From assembly GCA_964187785.1 (NCBI GenBank), contig OZ076409.1:15626001-15690000 (forward strand): a stretch of 64,000 nucleotides of DNA, written 5' to 3'. The position numbers and the translations under genes are program-made. Origin of the DNA: Amphiscolops sp. MND2022. Taxonomy: Eukaryota. The stretch's first letter is position 1, and the number at the start of each line of letters is the position of its first letter. The notes beneath the pieces are model-generated. The model did not search any database and had not been told where the DNA came from. It saw only the letters and a program-made list of their open reading frames with translations. This document shows positions 23,701 to 35,700 of the stretch, in pieces.

Positions 23701-26268
23701 CCACTCAACGTTCAAAAGAGTAAAGTTTCTTAAATATGCAACGGATACTTTTGTCAACAGTTCATCAAATTTACTAACAGGAAAATACCAGAAGGGATAC
23801 GCATAAGACTCGAACCCGCTTTTTTCTAACTTGAAACATCAAAAAGTTGATTTTTTTCTGCAGTCTAAAGTTTCATAGTTCCAAAAAAGGAGCTTTAAGC
23901 TCGCCAAACGCGTTTTTCAGGCCAAAAACATTTATCAAAGTGAAAGGGGGTACCAAAGTGGAAAATGTATCGAAAAAAATCATTGAGAAAACTCATCAGT
24001 TCCACATGATGATAAAAACTTTTCGGAAAAAATTTACGGTGCCAAAAATGCAACAGAGAGTAAAACTTAATACCAAAAAAACCAGTAAAACCAAACCTTC
24101 TGAGTTGTCTAGTAACGACAAAAGCTTTAAAATCTATGGTAGCCTTTGGAAGCACCCGAGATTGCTTTCTAGTAGGTGGAAAGGCCTGGAGAAATTCTGT
24201 AAAAAGTGGACCTTTCAGTGTGAAGTCTGTGGTCTGAAGAAAAAGAAAAAGTCACTGTAACAGACAGGCATTTTTGGTTCATAAAACGCGCCGACTAAAA
24301 ATGAGAACTTTCTTGTTTCTTCGGCATCCTATTATTTCAAGCAATCCTAAAATTTACTTGATTTTTTCAATTTCATGATTTTTGTTTTTTTTTCCTAATT
24401 TTGATTGCAACATTGCAGATTCCTCTCAATTTAAGTTTGAATGCCTATGCATAACTGACTCATGCATTATTTGATTGAATTACTGTAACGAGTGGCGAAT
24501 CATACGCCGACGTGATAGGTTTCATCAGAACATAATTGAGCTTTGCTCGCCTGGAAAGCTCAGTTCTGTGCTTATGGGGTTGTGGAGTTTTCAAAAGATT
24601 TGAAGATCCGATAGGGCTTGATGTCCGCTACACCGCGCTGAGCAGTTGATCCGTGTTAGCAGTTGATCCGTGTTAGCAGTTGATCCGTGTTGTTTACGGT
24701 CTGGACCCGTTGTGAAAATCATATATTTTCAATTTACCACGTCAAATTAGAGTTTCATACTGAACCAAAATTCATTTATCAGGTGTAGCTGTTTCTATCG
24801 CCACCTCAACTTTCTCGTTTAATACAACCTGGAAATTTCTTCTCTTGCCAACTTTAATTAATACTAATTGCTTGCTCATTCGTAATTGTATTTTAAATTT
24901 TGAACTGAAGCTAAACCAGCTTTTCACCATAATGCTAGCTATTCCTCCAACTCATGCAAGTTACCTTTGAGCTGTATTTCAAAGATGTATAGTGACGATA
25001 TTATACAGGTACTTTCTCCTGAATATGGAGTATGATAGTTCATGCATGTATACTCCATTGCCTTCTGCCACCTGATGCGAAAAATCCCGCGTTAGAGTTT
25101 CAAGGAGTCTACATCTATGCTCCCCTGGAGCATTGAAGACTCCTGGGCCAGTAAAGTCGGGCATCAGATGTGCAGAAGCGCTAAATAAGAACTATATCAA
25201 CAAGGGTGTGAGATATGAGTTTTCAGTCGAAAATCGCCATATTTTATGGCTTTTTCAGCTCCCTAAACTATTGGCTAACCGTTGACAACTACAACTTGCG
25301 GAACTAGTATTTGCAAAACTATCAAGCCTACAGTGCTATCAACAAACGTCAACATAATATCTTTTCAAGCTTTTTTGGAAAGCTGGTTTTAGTTCTCTGT
25401 ATCGAAATGCTTCATTTCTCCGAACTCTGTTTGTGATTTGATTTCTGGTTGTGAGAATGATGAGCTAGCAACCTGCTCTAAGGAAGGCCTCCTTCAAGCG
25501 GGCATTGGTCCTTGGTAGGTCTTATTATGTCAGAAAATTATCTTTGTATACTACTTGTGTTCGTATAGTGTATGACCAAATGAATTAAATTTTTATTTGT
25601 ATTTATTACACCCCGACAGCGTGCAATATTAAATGCAGAGTTTTGACATTGCTATTTTATCGCTAATCGCTAAAGTCAAAATCGCTATTTCGCTGGAAAA
25701 CATTTTCTTCAAACTATTGAATGTTTGAATTCAAGAATGTTTCAAATATAAAGGATGACTTAATTCTATTTTTGCTAGAAAAAAACAGAATTTTTTTATA
25801 GTGTGTGAGTTTTACAGATGAAGAGTTGGCATTTTTCGAAATTCATTTTTAAACTTTTTGTCTTTGCCGAGGAAATTTTGAATTTGGGCAGACAATCTTA
25901 CAGTTGCCGCTAATTTGAATCACTGAAAATTCTGCGCGGCCGCTATTTCGTCAAATCGCTTTTAGCGGTGTCAAAACTCTGATTAAATATGGTTTTCTTA
26001 AATCTGATAAAAATGAACGCGCATTTCGCTTTTAAAAAATCCATTTCAGGTCCAATCTTCGTCCAAGGTCAAAAGCGGTCAAGTTGAGAACGCTGACCCG
26101 AAGGTGTACAGCTGTCCACTGTACCGAACGCCCCTCAGAGCTGGCACTTTATCTTCCACTGGGCACTCCACCAACTTCGTCATGACTATAGACCTTCCAG
26201 TGACTGGATCACACCCAGACTATTGGATCTCCAGAGGAACCGCCCTTCTATGCCAAACTGTTTCTTAA
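2270..26268 (+). CDS. Axonemal dynein heavy chain, 3' part (stalk end, AAA5, AAA6, C-terminal domain), DNAH14/DNAH6-like; 17 exons in window
   Basis: Exons join in phase: 2270-2716, 3088-3339, 6341-6592, 7691-7899, 9388-9563, 10531-10779, 13361-13570, 16208-16418, 16793-16895, 17190-17630, 18178-18371, 19110-19351, 20087-20292, 21482-21692, 22924-23051, 23443-23589, 26050-26268. Motifs [87 protein letters not shown] wording recalls DNAH14; orthology not tested. Confidence 0.95.
3088..3339 (+). CDS. dynein heavy chain exon
   Basis: ttccag acceptor; [12 protein letters not shown]...PNPHYLP...GLQDQLL; gtttga donor. Confidence 0.92.
3972..4841 (+). pseudogene. degenerate, heavily deleted hAT transposase
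   Basis: BED-like start (GRKRDSIW...ARC) and hATC end ([10 protein letters not shown]....LRNRL) over several frames, with frameshifts and large deletions. Confidence 0.75.
5367..6243. repeat. MITE-like repeat (related copy ~7300-7666) interrupted by the 5623-6075 MITE
   Basis: Shared blocks accaaaaaacgcgcttatcgc, gaaacgctcagt and cttacaagcgacctaa..cactg in both copies. Confidence 0.7.
5623..6075. mobile_element. foldback-type MITE with long TIRs built from ~15-bp CATTTCAACC units
   Basis: 5630-5750 is inverted at 5945-6068; GG...CC ends; sits in an A-run within another repeat. Confidence 0.8.
6341..6592 (+). CDS. dynein heavy chain exon
   Basis: tttcag acceptor; EKPLLEEQK...SEGHLLD...RDQYLP; gtaatc donor. 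Confidence 0.92.
6682..7098. mobile_element. MITE with repeat-built TIRs and 8-bp TSD AACAAATT
   Basis: GGACAAAACAGCCGATTT units inverted at both ends; TSD at 6674-6681 and 7099-7106. Confidence 0.85.
7691..7899 (+). CDS. dynein heavy chain exon
   Basis: [10 protein letters not shown]...MYQFSLPWF; phase-2 end matches next exon. Confidence 0.9.
8310..9150. mobile_element. non-autonomous hAT element, 8-bp TSD GAGTATTA
   Basis: TIR TAGGCGTCGGCGGT / ACCGCCGACCCCTA, subterminal TTCGG repeats, TSD 8302-8309 and 9151-9158. Confidence 0.9.
9388..9563 (+). CDS. dynein heavy chain exon (GC donor)
   Basis: [19 protein letters not shown]...EEWNVFL; ends ACG/gcaaga, phase 1. Confidence 0.85.
9611..10404. 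mobile_element. GAGGGAGGG-ended MITE (Sola-like?) with a nested Helentron-type repeat
   Basis: GAGGGAGGGGGG...CCCCCCTCCCTC ends and internal AATAAGATC inverted units; TSD imperfect. Confidence 0.5.
9643..10245 (-). mobile_element. Helentron-associated non-autonomous element (HINE/DINE-1-like) with internal ~120-bp tandem repeat
   Basis: On - strand: TTTTTAGTCGGCAC start with adjacent inverted copy, central tandem repeats (9760-10030), end GCGCCGACTT plus short stem-loop and TTGTT. Confidence 0.7.
10531..10779 (+). CDS. dynein heavy chain exon
   Basis: tttcag acceptor; [13 protein letters not shown]; gtgact donor, phase 1. Confidence 0.85.
13361..13570 (+). CDS. dynein heavy chain exon
   Basis: [16 protein letters not shown]...TPLIFLLSP; alternative in-frame acceptor at 13346 possible. 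Confidence 0.88.
14180..14552 (+). mobile_element. HINE-like Helentron repeat, same family
   Basis: Starts TTTTTAGTGGGCGC...GCCGACT, ends GCGCCGACTT...CGGCTTGTT; body homologous to 9643-10245. Confidence 0.7.
14682..15226 (-). mobile_element. HINE-like Helentron repeat, same family
   Basis: AAACAAGCCGAGAACGGC...TAAGGCTCAAAA at one end, AGTCGG...GCGCCGACTAAAAA at the other. Confidence 0.7.
16208..16418 (+). CDS. dynein heavy chain exon (AAA6)
   Basis: GSDP...[11 protein letters not shown]...[14 protein letters not shown]. Confidence 0.93.
16793..16895 (+). CDS. dynein heavy chain exon
   Basis: [17 protein letters not shown]; gtgagc donor. Confidence 0.92.
17190..17630 (+). CDS. dynein heavy chain exon
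   Basis: [16 protein letters not shown]...[11 protein letters not shown]. Confidence 0.93.
18178..18371 (+). CDS. dynein heavy chain exon
   Basis: [19 protein letters not shown]; gtaaat donor. Confidence 0.92.
18399..18724. mobile_element. hAT-type MITE (CAGAGTTTTGACA TIR)
   Basis: TIR pair; 8-bp flanks ATTTTCAT/ATTTTTAT; second copy at 25636-25981. Confidence 0.85.
19110..19351 (+). CDS. dynein heavy chain exon
   Basis: Phase-matched to both neighbours; [19 protein letters not shown] plus a low-conservation insert. Confidence 0.8.
20087..20292 (+). CDS. dynein heavy chain exon
   Basis: [16 protein letters not shown]...[14 protein letters not shown]. Confidence 0.92.
20459..21091. mobile_element. 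Tc1/mariner-type MITE, TA TSD
   Basis: TA-CAGTACTGTGA...TCACAGTACTG-TA. Confidence 0.8.
21482..21692 (+). CDS. dynein heavy chain exon
   Basis: AYES...WVNDLCLR...[10 protein letters not shown]. Confidence 0.92.
22924..23051 (+). CDS. dynein heavy chain exon
   Basis: [12 protein letters not shown]...IDSLQF; donor after 23051 (alternative 23042, same phase). Confidence 0.85.
23443..23589 (+). CDS. dynein heavy chain exon
   Basis: [15 protein letters not shown]; gtgagt donor. Confidence 0.92.
23671..24301 (-). mobile_element. HINE-like Helentron repeat, same family
   Basis: AACAAGTCGGGAACGGCC...CGGCGCC and GCGCCGACTAAAAA termini. Confidence 0.65.
24640..24691. repeat. 17-bp tandem repeat x3
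   Basis: AGCAGTTGATCCGTGTT repeated three times. Confidence 0.85.
25636..25981. mobile_element. hAT-type MITE, inverted copy of 18399-18724
   Basis: Same TIR; flanks ATTAAATG/ATTAAATA. Confidence 0.85.
26050..26268 (+). CDS. dynein heavy chain terminal exon
   Basis: [25 protein letters not shown]...[15 protein letters not shown]; not in the ORF track. Confidence 0.93.
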   Translation, partial: VQSSSKVKSGQVENADPKVYSCPLYRTPLRAGTLSSTGHSTNFVMTIDLPVTGSHPDYWISRGTALLCQTVS

Positions 26269-26359
26269 TCATATCAAAACCTAATTTCACATATCATTCT
26301 ATCAACTTCTGGTAGCTGAACTAAATTCTCCAATTGAAGTTTTCTAATTCTCTGTGTGA

Positions 26360-26365
26360 AATAAA
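26360..26365 (+). promoter_or_regulatory. putative polyadenylation signal of the dynein gene
   Basis: AATAAA about 90 nt after the stop codon. Confidence 0.5.
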
Positions 26366-26716
26366 AATAGATGTGTAAAAAAGGTTTTCGATCATATGAT
26401 CATCATCAGTTATCCGAAAATATGTACAACACTTCGAGAAAATTCCGGAAAAATATGTGCAATTCTAGAAAATGAAGATATTAGAAAAGGATTCAAATTT
26501 AATCAATTCTTATCAAGGATAGGGTATAAAGCTTCCAAATTCTTAAAGGATAGTTTTTGTGTGGGTTAGGTTTTTATCGCATAATTAAATTATCAATCCA
26601 AATATATCCGAATCTAGTTTTTGCCTGCATTTATTCACCATATAAAGTGTCAACGCATAAAAATGTGTCAACTTGTAAGGTGTAAACTTTCCCAAGTTGT
26701 CCTTCATTTGCGCCCT

Positions 26717-29700
26717 TCACTTCCTAGAAAAGTTTCGCTGACTTGGAGGAACCTTGGCCACTTCCCTCTTTGTTTCTTCTTTCCGGAACACGAGGAAAAA
26801 CTGTTTCCGGAAGTGGCTGCTGGCGAACATGTAAGAGAAGAAGTTCACAGAGTGGTTCAAACACGACAAAAGTCCCTGAAAATTCGGAGACATGGTTATT
26901 TATTACAGAAAATGTAGGAGCCGGAAATTTTAGTCATTTGATTTAGTCATTTTAGTCATTTGAAATTTTAGTCATCCGAATTTTAGTCGTCAGAAATTTT
27001 GTCAGAATTCTCGTTGTCAGAAATTTCGTGGTTTTGTTGAAATATGCTGGGAACTGCATAAGTTGTCACCCCGCTTAAGGCTCAAAAGAGCAAGTACTTC
27101 AAAGTGTCAACGATTCTTTTTTTGAATGAATTCTCATTTTCACAGTTCCAAAAACCCAATGCAGGGACTTTTTTTGCTTTTATTCTCACCAGTAATATCA
27201 GAAAACGAAAACTTTCCTGCTTCTCTTCCTACCAGAACTATCAATTTTTTCGGATATTGAGTCAAAAATTCAGATGTAGTGTGCTTTTTTCGACTCTTAC
27301 AAGAGATATTGCGTCGAAAATTTGGATATAGCGCAATAGATTGTTCATATCATAGAAAAAGCAATTAATTCAGTTCGCTGTGCCAAATAGTACTTTTCAA
27401 CATTTTAGAGTTTTGTAGAACTGTGTTCATCAGTTCGTGTGGATTGAAAAAAAAACGACGAAAAGCCACAGTAATAATTGTGTTTCATTTTCAATAAAGC
27501 GCCCATCAATTGACAGTGTATTCTAATAGTTAGCAATTAAGTTATTTAAGTACTTATTCTTGAATTTGAGAACGAGCTTCAATTTGTTACTTCCATTAAC
27601 AACATTATTAAGGCTAAAAGTTGATTGCATTCAAACAAATCAAAACGTCTCAGACGATTACTAGGAAACGGACTGTTTCTTGTTTCTGCGCTGAAATATT
27701 TCAACAAAGTACAATATAAAAATTGCTTGAAACTTGCAGGAAAAGTTCAAATATGCCTAGAAGTAAGGTGTCAAGAATTATGTGGTAACGCTTGATGTTC
27801 TATGAACAGTTGAATTGATGGTTTGTTCTCAGTCGATAATAATAATACTCACTGATAGCAACTGCTGTTATTGTATTTTTTGCATTTAAAAAAATAACGT
27901 CGCAGAGTACTGAAATCACTGAATTAAGGTGTATAACTTTATTTTCGAAAACCGTGTTTTCTAAATTGCAAACATCAAAAACCGAAATAGCGAACCTGTA
28001 GTAGAAGATATTTCGTAAAAAAATCACAGAGCTCAAAAAGGTAAGTCTTTTCCTCCATTTTGGAGAAGGCTCTCTCCAGTTCCACAAGACCAAAAAGTAA
28101 CCAAGGAGATCACCAGACTCAGAAAATTTCATAAATCCAAAATATTGCAAACAATTCTATCAGATAGTGCCAAAGTTCCCTTGAGTATACCCTCTACCTT
28201 CGCAAGCATAAGAAAGTATGTTGTAGTGTCCAACATGTGTTTAGAAGGCGAATCCCTCAAAAGCAATCTTACATTACAAAGCACAGAATTAAACATACTC
28301 AACTTACTTCTGAACCATCCTGTTGGTATTGCAGAAAAACGAAATCTACCTACTTTGTTATTGGGTATCCCATCACAGCGAAAGTGAATTCCAATCATTT
28401 TCGAATAATGAGTCACTTGAGATTATACAAAAATTAGTTCGACTGAAAAGAAGTTGCTTTGTTAGAAAAGTTCCTTAGGACCATTCAACAATTAATTCAA
28501 GTTGTTACTGATAGCAAGCTATCTGGTAGAAACTGATTGTCTTTCATTAACGGAAAAAACTATTTTAGAAGTGTAATGGAAGATTTAGTGTTATAGCTGT
28601 TAGTTCCTTGCAGGTTTCATCTATATGACTCTAAAAAGATACTTACTCCCAAAACGTTCAAGAGTTCATAGATGTCAGGTTGTCGATAAGTATCTGTTTT
28701 GAAGATGGCAGTGGTAATTAGACAGCTTCCAATTCCCAAGTTCAAAACTAGGAAACACACTGTCGCAATTAGCAGAGAAATTGAAATTTCTCTTTCCCGC
28801 CGTCTTACGGCTCCTTTCATTGTCTTCAATTTGTAAACTATGAGAATGTCGGAAAGAAGTATGCTGAAAAATGGGGTCCCAATCATTCCCACAAAAATAG
28901 TCCCAAATGCATAGAGGTCACGCTGTTTTTCAGTGAAGAATCCTTTTCTTGCTACAAAGCAGTCAGGATATAGAAGGTCGTAAAAGACGAATACTGGGAC
29001 AAACATTATTGTTGTGATGCATTGCAGAATTATGGTTGTCCAAACAGATACTTTTGGTTTGCCATATGTTTTGTAGGCAATAGGGAACCACAAAGCAGCG
29101 ACCCTGTCGAACGACGAAAATGCCAGTACGTAGTTGGCTGCAACAAATTTAACACGGTCTGTTAGCTGCTAAAATCGGCTCAAATAAAAATTGCAACCAT
29201 TGAAAAAATGGCGACAATTACCCAATAATTGAAAAGTCCGATTTTTAAAAATGTACTGAAACAGAGATTACCTCTAAATATCTTAATGGGAAACTCAGTC
29301 ACAAAATTAATTGTTTGATTTAAAAATAAATTATTTTGTTACTTCATAAAAGTTGTGCGAGAGTCAAAAATCAAACGTTTTTGATCGATGGCTTATCTAA
29401 CTAATGTTCGCGTTTTCTCATCACAAGACGGTATCTTCTTGAAACCGAATTCATATAGAACAATTTGGTGGTTGTTGCTAAGGACCAGTTTTGTGTAGAG
29501 ACGTTTTTTTCGAATTAGTTGTTTGTATATGAAAATTTGTCAGGCATTCAGAGCGTTTCTTTCATTTTATTTTCACAAATTAAAACTAACTTTGTGGCAG
29601 GGCTGTCACAAAAAGAGTTTAAAAGAAACTTTAAATTAAAAACAATTAAACTGTCAACAAACTGTCAATCATAGTATGCTCATTTATACAGTTGTCTTTG

Positions 29701-32700
29701 TAATTACTAGTGTTGGCCAATAGTACCAGCAAAACCATAGACCACAAAAGAGATGGTAATTCACTTTGCCACATGGTCTTGATCGAGAATAGAATCTTGC
29801 TTAAACTCTTTTCTTTGTTATCTAAACAGAATAACAGTTACTGAGAATAAAGAACCCTGTAACATGGCGCTGCGACCTGACTCATCTGGAGGACCTCAGG
29901 CGATTGCAGGACTTCCAACCTACTGGCAAGATGCCTCCAAAAACACTACATTAGAATGGGAAAACTGGCGAGATTTATTTGAAGTGGCATTTATGGCCAA
30001 AAACAATATATCCATTGCTGAAATAATAAAAACGGGAAATAAAGACAAAAGTTTAATGGGTGACCTCGACGAAGTACTAGCTACAAAGAAAGCTATAAGC
30101 GTACTTTACCTTGCTTTGGGATCCGCAGGACGCACATCAATTGCTGACAAGTTTCCCACTACCAATATTGCCACCGTATCACTCCCAGATTTGTTAAAAA
30201 ACTGCAAGGACTGCTTTGAGAAACCCAAGAATGAAACCCTTGATCGCTTCAAATTCTTGCCCCGAAAACAAAAAGAAGGAGAATCGTTGAAAAACTTCTG
30301 GAACGAATCAAATGGATTAGCAGCAAAATGCAACTTCGGCGCGATAACAGACAGTTTAGTAAAAGACGTCTTCACAGTGAACATGATAAATCAAGATGTA
30401 CAACAAAAACTCTGCACAGAGCCAAAAGCAACAGCAACAGAAAGAATCCAAATCGCAATTGCTTACCAAAAGGGCACTCTGAGACAACAATCGTTTGGTA
30501 CGCTAGATAAGCCAAATATAAAACCGAAGCAACGGACGTGAATAATATTAACCAAACCAACAAACTAAATAAGGCTCGAATATTGATTGCAGACAAAGGC
30601 GCAAAATCACTCATTGGACATGATTGGCTGAACGCGTTCAACTACAAATTCGTGTCTCCATCAAAAAGTGAAGGTAACAAAGCTATTTACACAATTAAAC
30701 AAAACGCTAAACAACCAAATAAAACAATACAACCAGGTAAACAGAATATTTCAGAAAGTTTGAGTGATAATGATAATCACAACGAAAAGATTAAATTACA
30801 AAACCAATTTCCCTCCTTATTCACTAGACAAGGACAAATTCGCGATCATACAGTTAAAATAGAGTTTGAACCAGAAGCTAAAATAACACAACAAAAAGGT
30901 AGACGAGTTCTTATTCAATTACAAGACGCGGTACAAGAAGAAATTGAAAGGTTATTAAACGAAGGAAACATCGAACGAGTAACCGATGTGACGGATAAAC
31001 AATTTATCCAACCAGTTGTAATCACAGTAAAACGGGATAAAAGCGTAAAAATCGCACTCGATGCACGTGCGTTAAATAACGAACTGATCAAAGACAAATA
31101 CCAGATGCCGAATTTAGAGCATCTCGTAGACATGGTAGCAGAACAATTAGATAACTCAACAAGCGGACAAGCGTGGTACACTTCACTAGATGTGCGCTAT
31201 GCCCATGGTCAAGTACCATTGGACGAAGAAACTGCACGTCACTGTAATTTTCAAATAATAGGCGGCAAGGCAACGGGTACACATCGCTTCATCACAGGAT
31301 TTTATGGACTCACAGTGATGCCAACAGAGTTCCAAAAAGTTATGGATAAAAAACTCTCCAACATTGCGAATACGTATGTTTTCTTAGATGACATACTAAT
31401 AGTGACTAAAGGTAACCAAACAGATCATTACACACAAGTAAAAACAAGTATTAGAAAAACTTGATGAAGCAAACATACGATTAAAATGGGAAAATGCAAG
31501 TTTGCACAAAGTGAAGTTGAGTGGTTAGGGTATCACCTAACACAAACAGGAATACGACCAATCAATGCAAAAATTCAGGCGATAACTGATAAATTGTAAC
31601 CGAAGAATTTAAAAGAACTCAGATCATACTTGGGCGCAGTGAATCAACTAAACAGATTCATGCCAAATTTAGCACAACTATGCTTTAATCTACGCCTACT
31701 ACTAAAACAAGATAAACCATGGAGCTGGAACGAAACCCACGATAAAGCTTATGAAGAAATAAATAAACAAGTCCAAAAAGTCCCTGAAGTGGGCCACTTC
31801 AAGAAAAGTAGAAAAATAAGAATTATTTGCGATGCCAGTAAAGCCGGTTTAGGTGCTGTATTACAACAACAAGAAGAAATTGGTTGGAGACCAGTTCACT
31901 TCGCCTCACGTTTCCTTACACCATTAGAAGAAAAATACTCAATTAATGAACTTGAGTTATTAGCAGTTGTTTGGGCGGTCGAACATTTTAAGAACTACCT
32001 ATATGGAATAAAATTCCAAGTTGTATCCGACCATAAAGCACTCGCTACAGTTTTAAAGAGCAACAAAGGTAATAGAACATACTCGAGTAGACTCACTCGA
32101 TGGGATGATTGCTTACTTCCATTCGATTATGGAATCTTTCACGCTCCAGGCAGAACAATTGGCATTGCGGACTATCTATCACGACATCCATCTCCAATAG
32201 AAGGCGCAAGCGTGAAAGCAGACGAATTATGGAACAACTGGTTCACAGTGAACCATGTAAATAATGTAAATAGCATTTTAGCTGAGGAAATCAACGGACC
32301 AATCAGAAGCCGCAAATGGATCAAGCTGAGACGCGACGATGCACGCAGTAAAAGTGCAAACACAAACGATTCATTCAAAACACGTGATGAACAGCAAATA
32401 AACGATTACCACAAAATGGGCCAATTACATTCAACAGATACGCTCAAAGGTAATCCAATTTCCAGTCTATTCGAATCAAAAATTCCTATTGCGAACAAAA
32501 TTGGGGAAAACCTATTAATTGCCAATTAAACCCTACAGAAAATTATTAAATTAGTGAAAAATTCCACCAAATCAAAAATCAAGTAACTCGACAGCCCATG
32601 GCTCGAACGTTTTTCTTCACTATCATTAGACGAAAACGACCTATTGTATCTAGATGATCGATTGGTTATTCCTAAAATCCTACAAAGCCCCATTAAAAAT

Positions 32701-35700
32701 TCCCCTCACTGGGGACATCGAGGCCGTGACCAAATGCTTCGACAAATAACAGTTATTTGGTGGCCACGTATTCATCGTGATATTAATTTACTTACACAAT
32801 CGTGCCCTGAATGCCAAAACGCAGGTAAATCAGTAAAACCCATTTTATCACAAAAACAATTTGGAAAAATCCCTACCCCAAAAACAATAAATGAAGACAT
32901 AGCTATTGAATTTGCAGGACCCTTCAAAATTGCTCACAGTACAAAGAAATATTTAATAGTTTCGGTAGACAGCAAATCAGGATGGCCTGACGCAAAATTC
33001 CTCAGAGCCCCCACTACAACTAAAGTAATAGAATTTCTTACCAAATATATAGCAGATAACGGAATCCCACGCCAAATCCGTACAAACCCAGGAACCGTTT
33101 TTAAAAGTGCAAACTTTCAAGAATTCTGCCACAAATATTTTTTTAAACATGTAATCTGCCCGGTGCATGACCATAGAGGAAATGTTAAAGTCGAAAGACT
33201 AATCTGTACAATAAATGAAAGACTAAGGGCAAACCAAAGAATTGTATTAGATAAAGATAATACAGGCTTGTCAGAATGGCTGTATGCACTACGAACCGCC
33301 CCCAAGGAAAATAAAATATCACCGGCAGAACTACATACAAGTCGAAAATTTACTACTGTCAAAGATATAATAACTACAAAACCAATACAACATAACTACA
33401 ATGTTTCAGACAACGACAACAACTTTGAGCTGACGATGAGCGATATCCCAGCGGACCAAGACTCTGAAATTCTGGTACGGGAAAGAACCAGAGGATCAAA
33501 ACTGGAAACGGCATATAAGAAAAAGAAGGGCCAAATCATCGCAGAAACTCCACATACAATCACAATGAAAGAACGCGGCAGGTCACTGCCAACGCTGTTC
33601 AGCAAACGTGAAGTGGCAACTTCACATAAATTGGCTACACCACAGCTGAACAAACAAAACATAAATGACCAATCAGCGAACGCCACCAATACCCAACCAA
33701 CCAAAACACTACAACCAAAGTCTCAAGCAAGACCAACAAATACAACTTTTCCAAAAAAGCCCAAGAAGAAAAACAGCAAATGAATTCCGGCGGAATTTAA
33801 ACGACTCGAAAAGTGGAGAGAAGTATTCTTCGAATCAGAAGACGAGGAGGAAGGCGAGAGAAGACAAAAAACTAAAGCCTCAACAAGTGCATTAAAAGCC
33901 ACGGTAAACTGGACAAAAACTGAACCAGAAGAACCCACAGAACATGAAAAACAAATCAGCGAACAAGAAACAGATACTGCAGATGAACCCGGCACCTCAA
34001 CTGGAGAGAAACGCCCACAACGAAATCGAAAAGCCCCCCAATACTACGGAGACGCCGTAATGATTTGTGGCCTAGACAAAGCAGGAGAACCAGAAATCAT
34101 AAACATCTCTTCTAGCGAAGACAGCCTACGATAAACAAGTCTAACGAACTACTACAGCCCTAGTTTTTGAGTTTACACATGTAAAGCAGAGATGGCCAAG
34201 AACTACAGAAGGAGGAGTATGGCAGGGCTGTCACAAAAAGAGTTTAAAAGAAACTTTAAATTAAAAACAATTAAACTGTCAACAAAACTGTCAATCATAG
34301 TATGCTCATTTATACAGTTGTCTTTGTAATTACTAGTGTTGGCCAATAGTACCAGCAAAACCATAGACCACAAAAAAGATGGTAATTCACTTTGCCACAT
34401 GGTCTTGATCGAGAATAGAATCTTGCTTAAACTCTCTTCTTTGTTATCTAAACAGAATAACAGTTACTGAGAATAAAGAACCCTATACCAAACTTACATA
34501 TTTGTTTCCATAATTTACTAACTGCAATTGATTTCATTCACATTAATTCAGCTAACAAAAAGATTGACTACTTTTTAAATAGGAATCAAGCTACCTACAT
34601 GAATTGAGTAAAAGCAGTTTTTACTAAAAGGCAGGTTGCAGAATCTCGAACAATTTTTCTAACCCGCTGAGGACGATGTACCTGTGAGAAAAAACCACAA
34701 CTTGCACGTGTACCGGTTGATCAGCGTGAAAGGGGCTTGAAACAGAAACGAGCCAGAGGCTAGTACGCCAACCATGAACACTGGGAAGGTGTCAGCCACC
34801 GCCAGGCACTTAATGAACGTGGTGCCTGATGTTTGCGAGCCCAAACGAGAAGCAGTCAAGTACGCCAAGCAGTTGCTAATCAGTCCAATTAGAGCTACTA
34901 CTACACTCAGGACCGACATCATGTATTGGATTATTAACAGGTCCACAACAAGTTTCGCTTCTTGTAAATAAGAAGTTGAATCGCCGTCACTTACACAACC
35001 TTAAAAAGACCATTTTGGGAACATAGAGTGTCAAACAATGGATAGAAGCGCAATCACAATGACAATCTCAGAAGTCAGAAAACTTTCTGAAGATTACAAA
35101 TAGCGATGAAGACTGTACATGGACCTTGCTTTTCTTCATTTGATTTTTCTCGAAGCCATTCTGAACACTGGAAGGAAGTTGAAAAAGCCCAGGTTAAACG
35201 TGGAAAAACGTGTTTTTCTTTTTTCGAACCAACTTCAAATTATCACCGCACGGAGATAATCTTCGAAGGTCGTCAGAGATATGTTTCTTTGATAGTCCTT
35301 CTATGTCAAAACAAACCTTTGGAGTTTCAAAATTTCCAAGCGTCATATTTTTATCCGCAAGAACTTCAAGGGAATATTTTTTCCCGAATGAGCAACAATA
35401 TTCGGAACTCCTTAAGCATTGGGGACAATTGCAAACTTAGTATGATCCTACACAAAATTTCAAGGCTCTTCCAACAGCAAGTTATTCACCCCATTTTTCG
35501 TGGACAATGAAGGGCAGACGGACGAAAAAAAGTAATCATCACTCCAACGTTTTCACGTCTGAATCAGCAAAGTTAAATATCATTATGATCTCGTTACTCT
35601 GAACTCTATAAAATAAAATGGAACGATACTCTCAAATATGAATGCCTTGTAGAAATTCTACGCCCTTTCAGTTTTAAAATTTGAATGCACTGAAGGTTGC

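Larger units (their letters stand above)
29593..34490 (+). mobile_element. Ty3/Gypsy LTR retrotransposon, full-length but defective, inside GPCR intron 2
   Basis: LTRs 29593-29864 and 34218-34490, TSD AACTT both sides, PBS TGGCGCTGCGA (tRNA-Ser-like) at 29865, PPT AGAAGGAGGAG 34207-34217, order gag-RT-RNaseH-IN. Confidence 0.95.

Noticed and set aside
24484..24826. Possible solo LTR (TGTAACGAG...CTCGTTTAATACA)
   Set aside because: Flanks give no matching TSD and there is no second copy in the window.
27800..28437. Overlapping short ORFs in GPCR intron 3
   Set aside because: No recognisable domain, and the GPCR splices in phase without them.
35106..35510. 134-aa plus-strand ORF
   Set aside because: Lies in GPCR intron 1 on the opposite strand with no recognisable motif.
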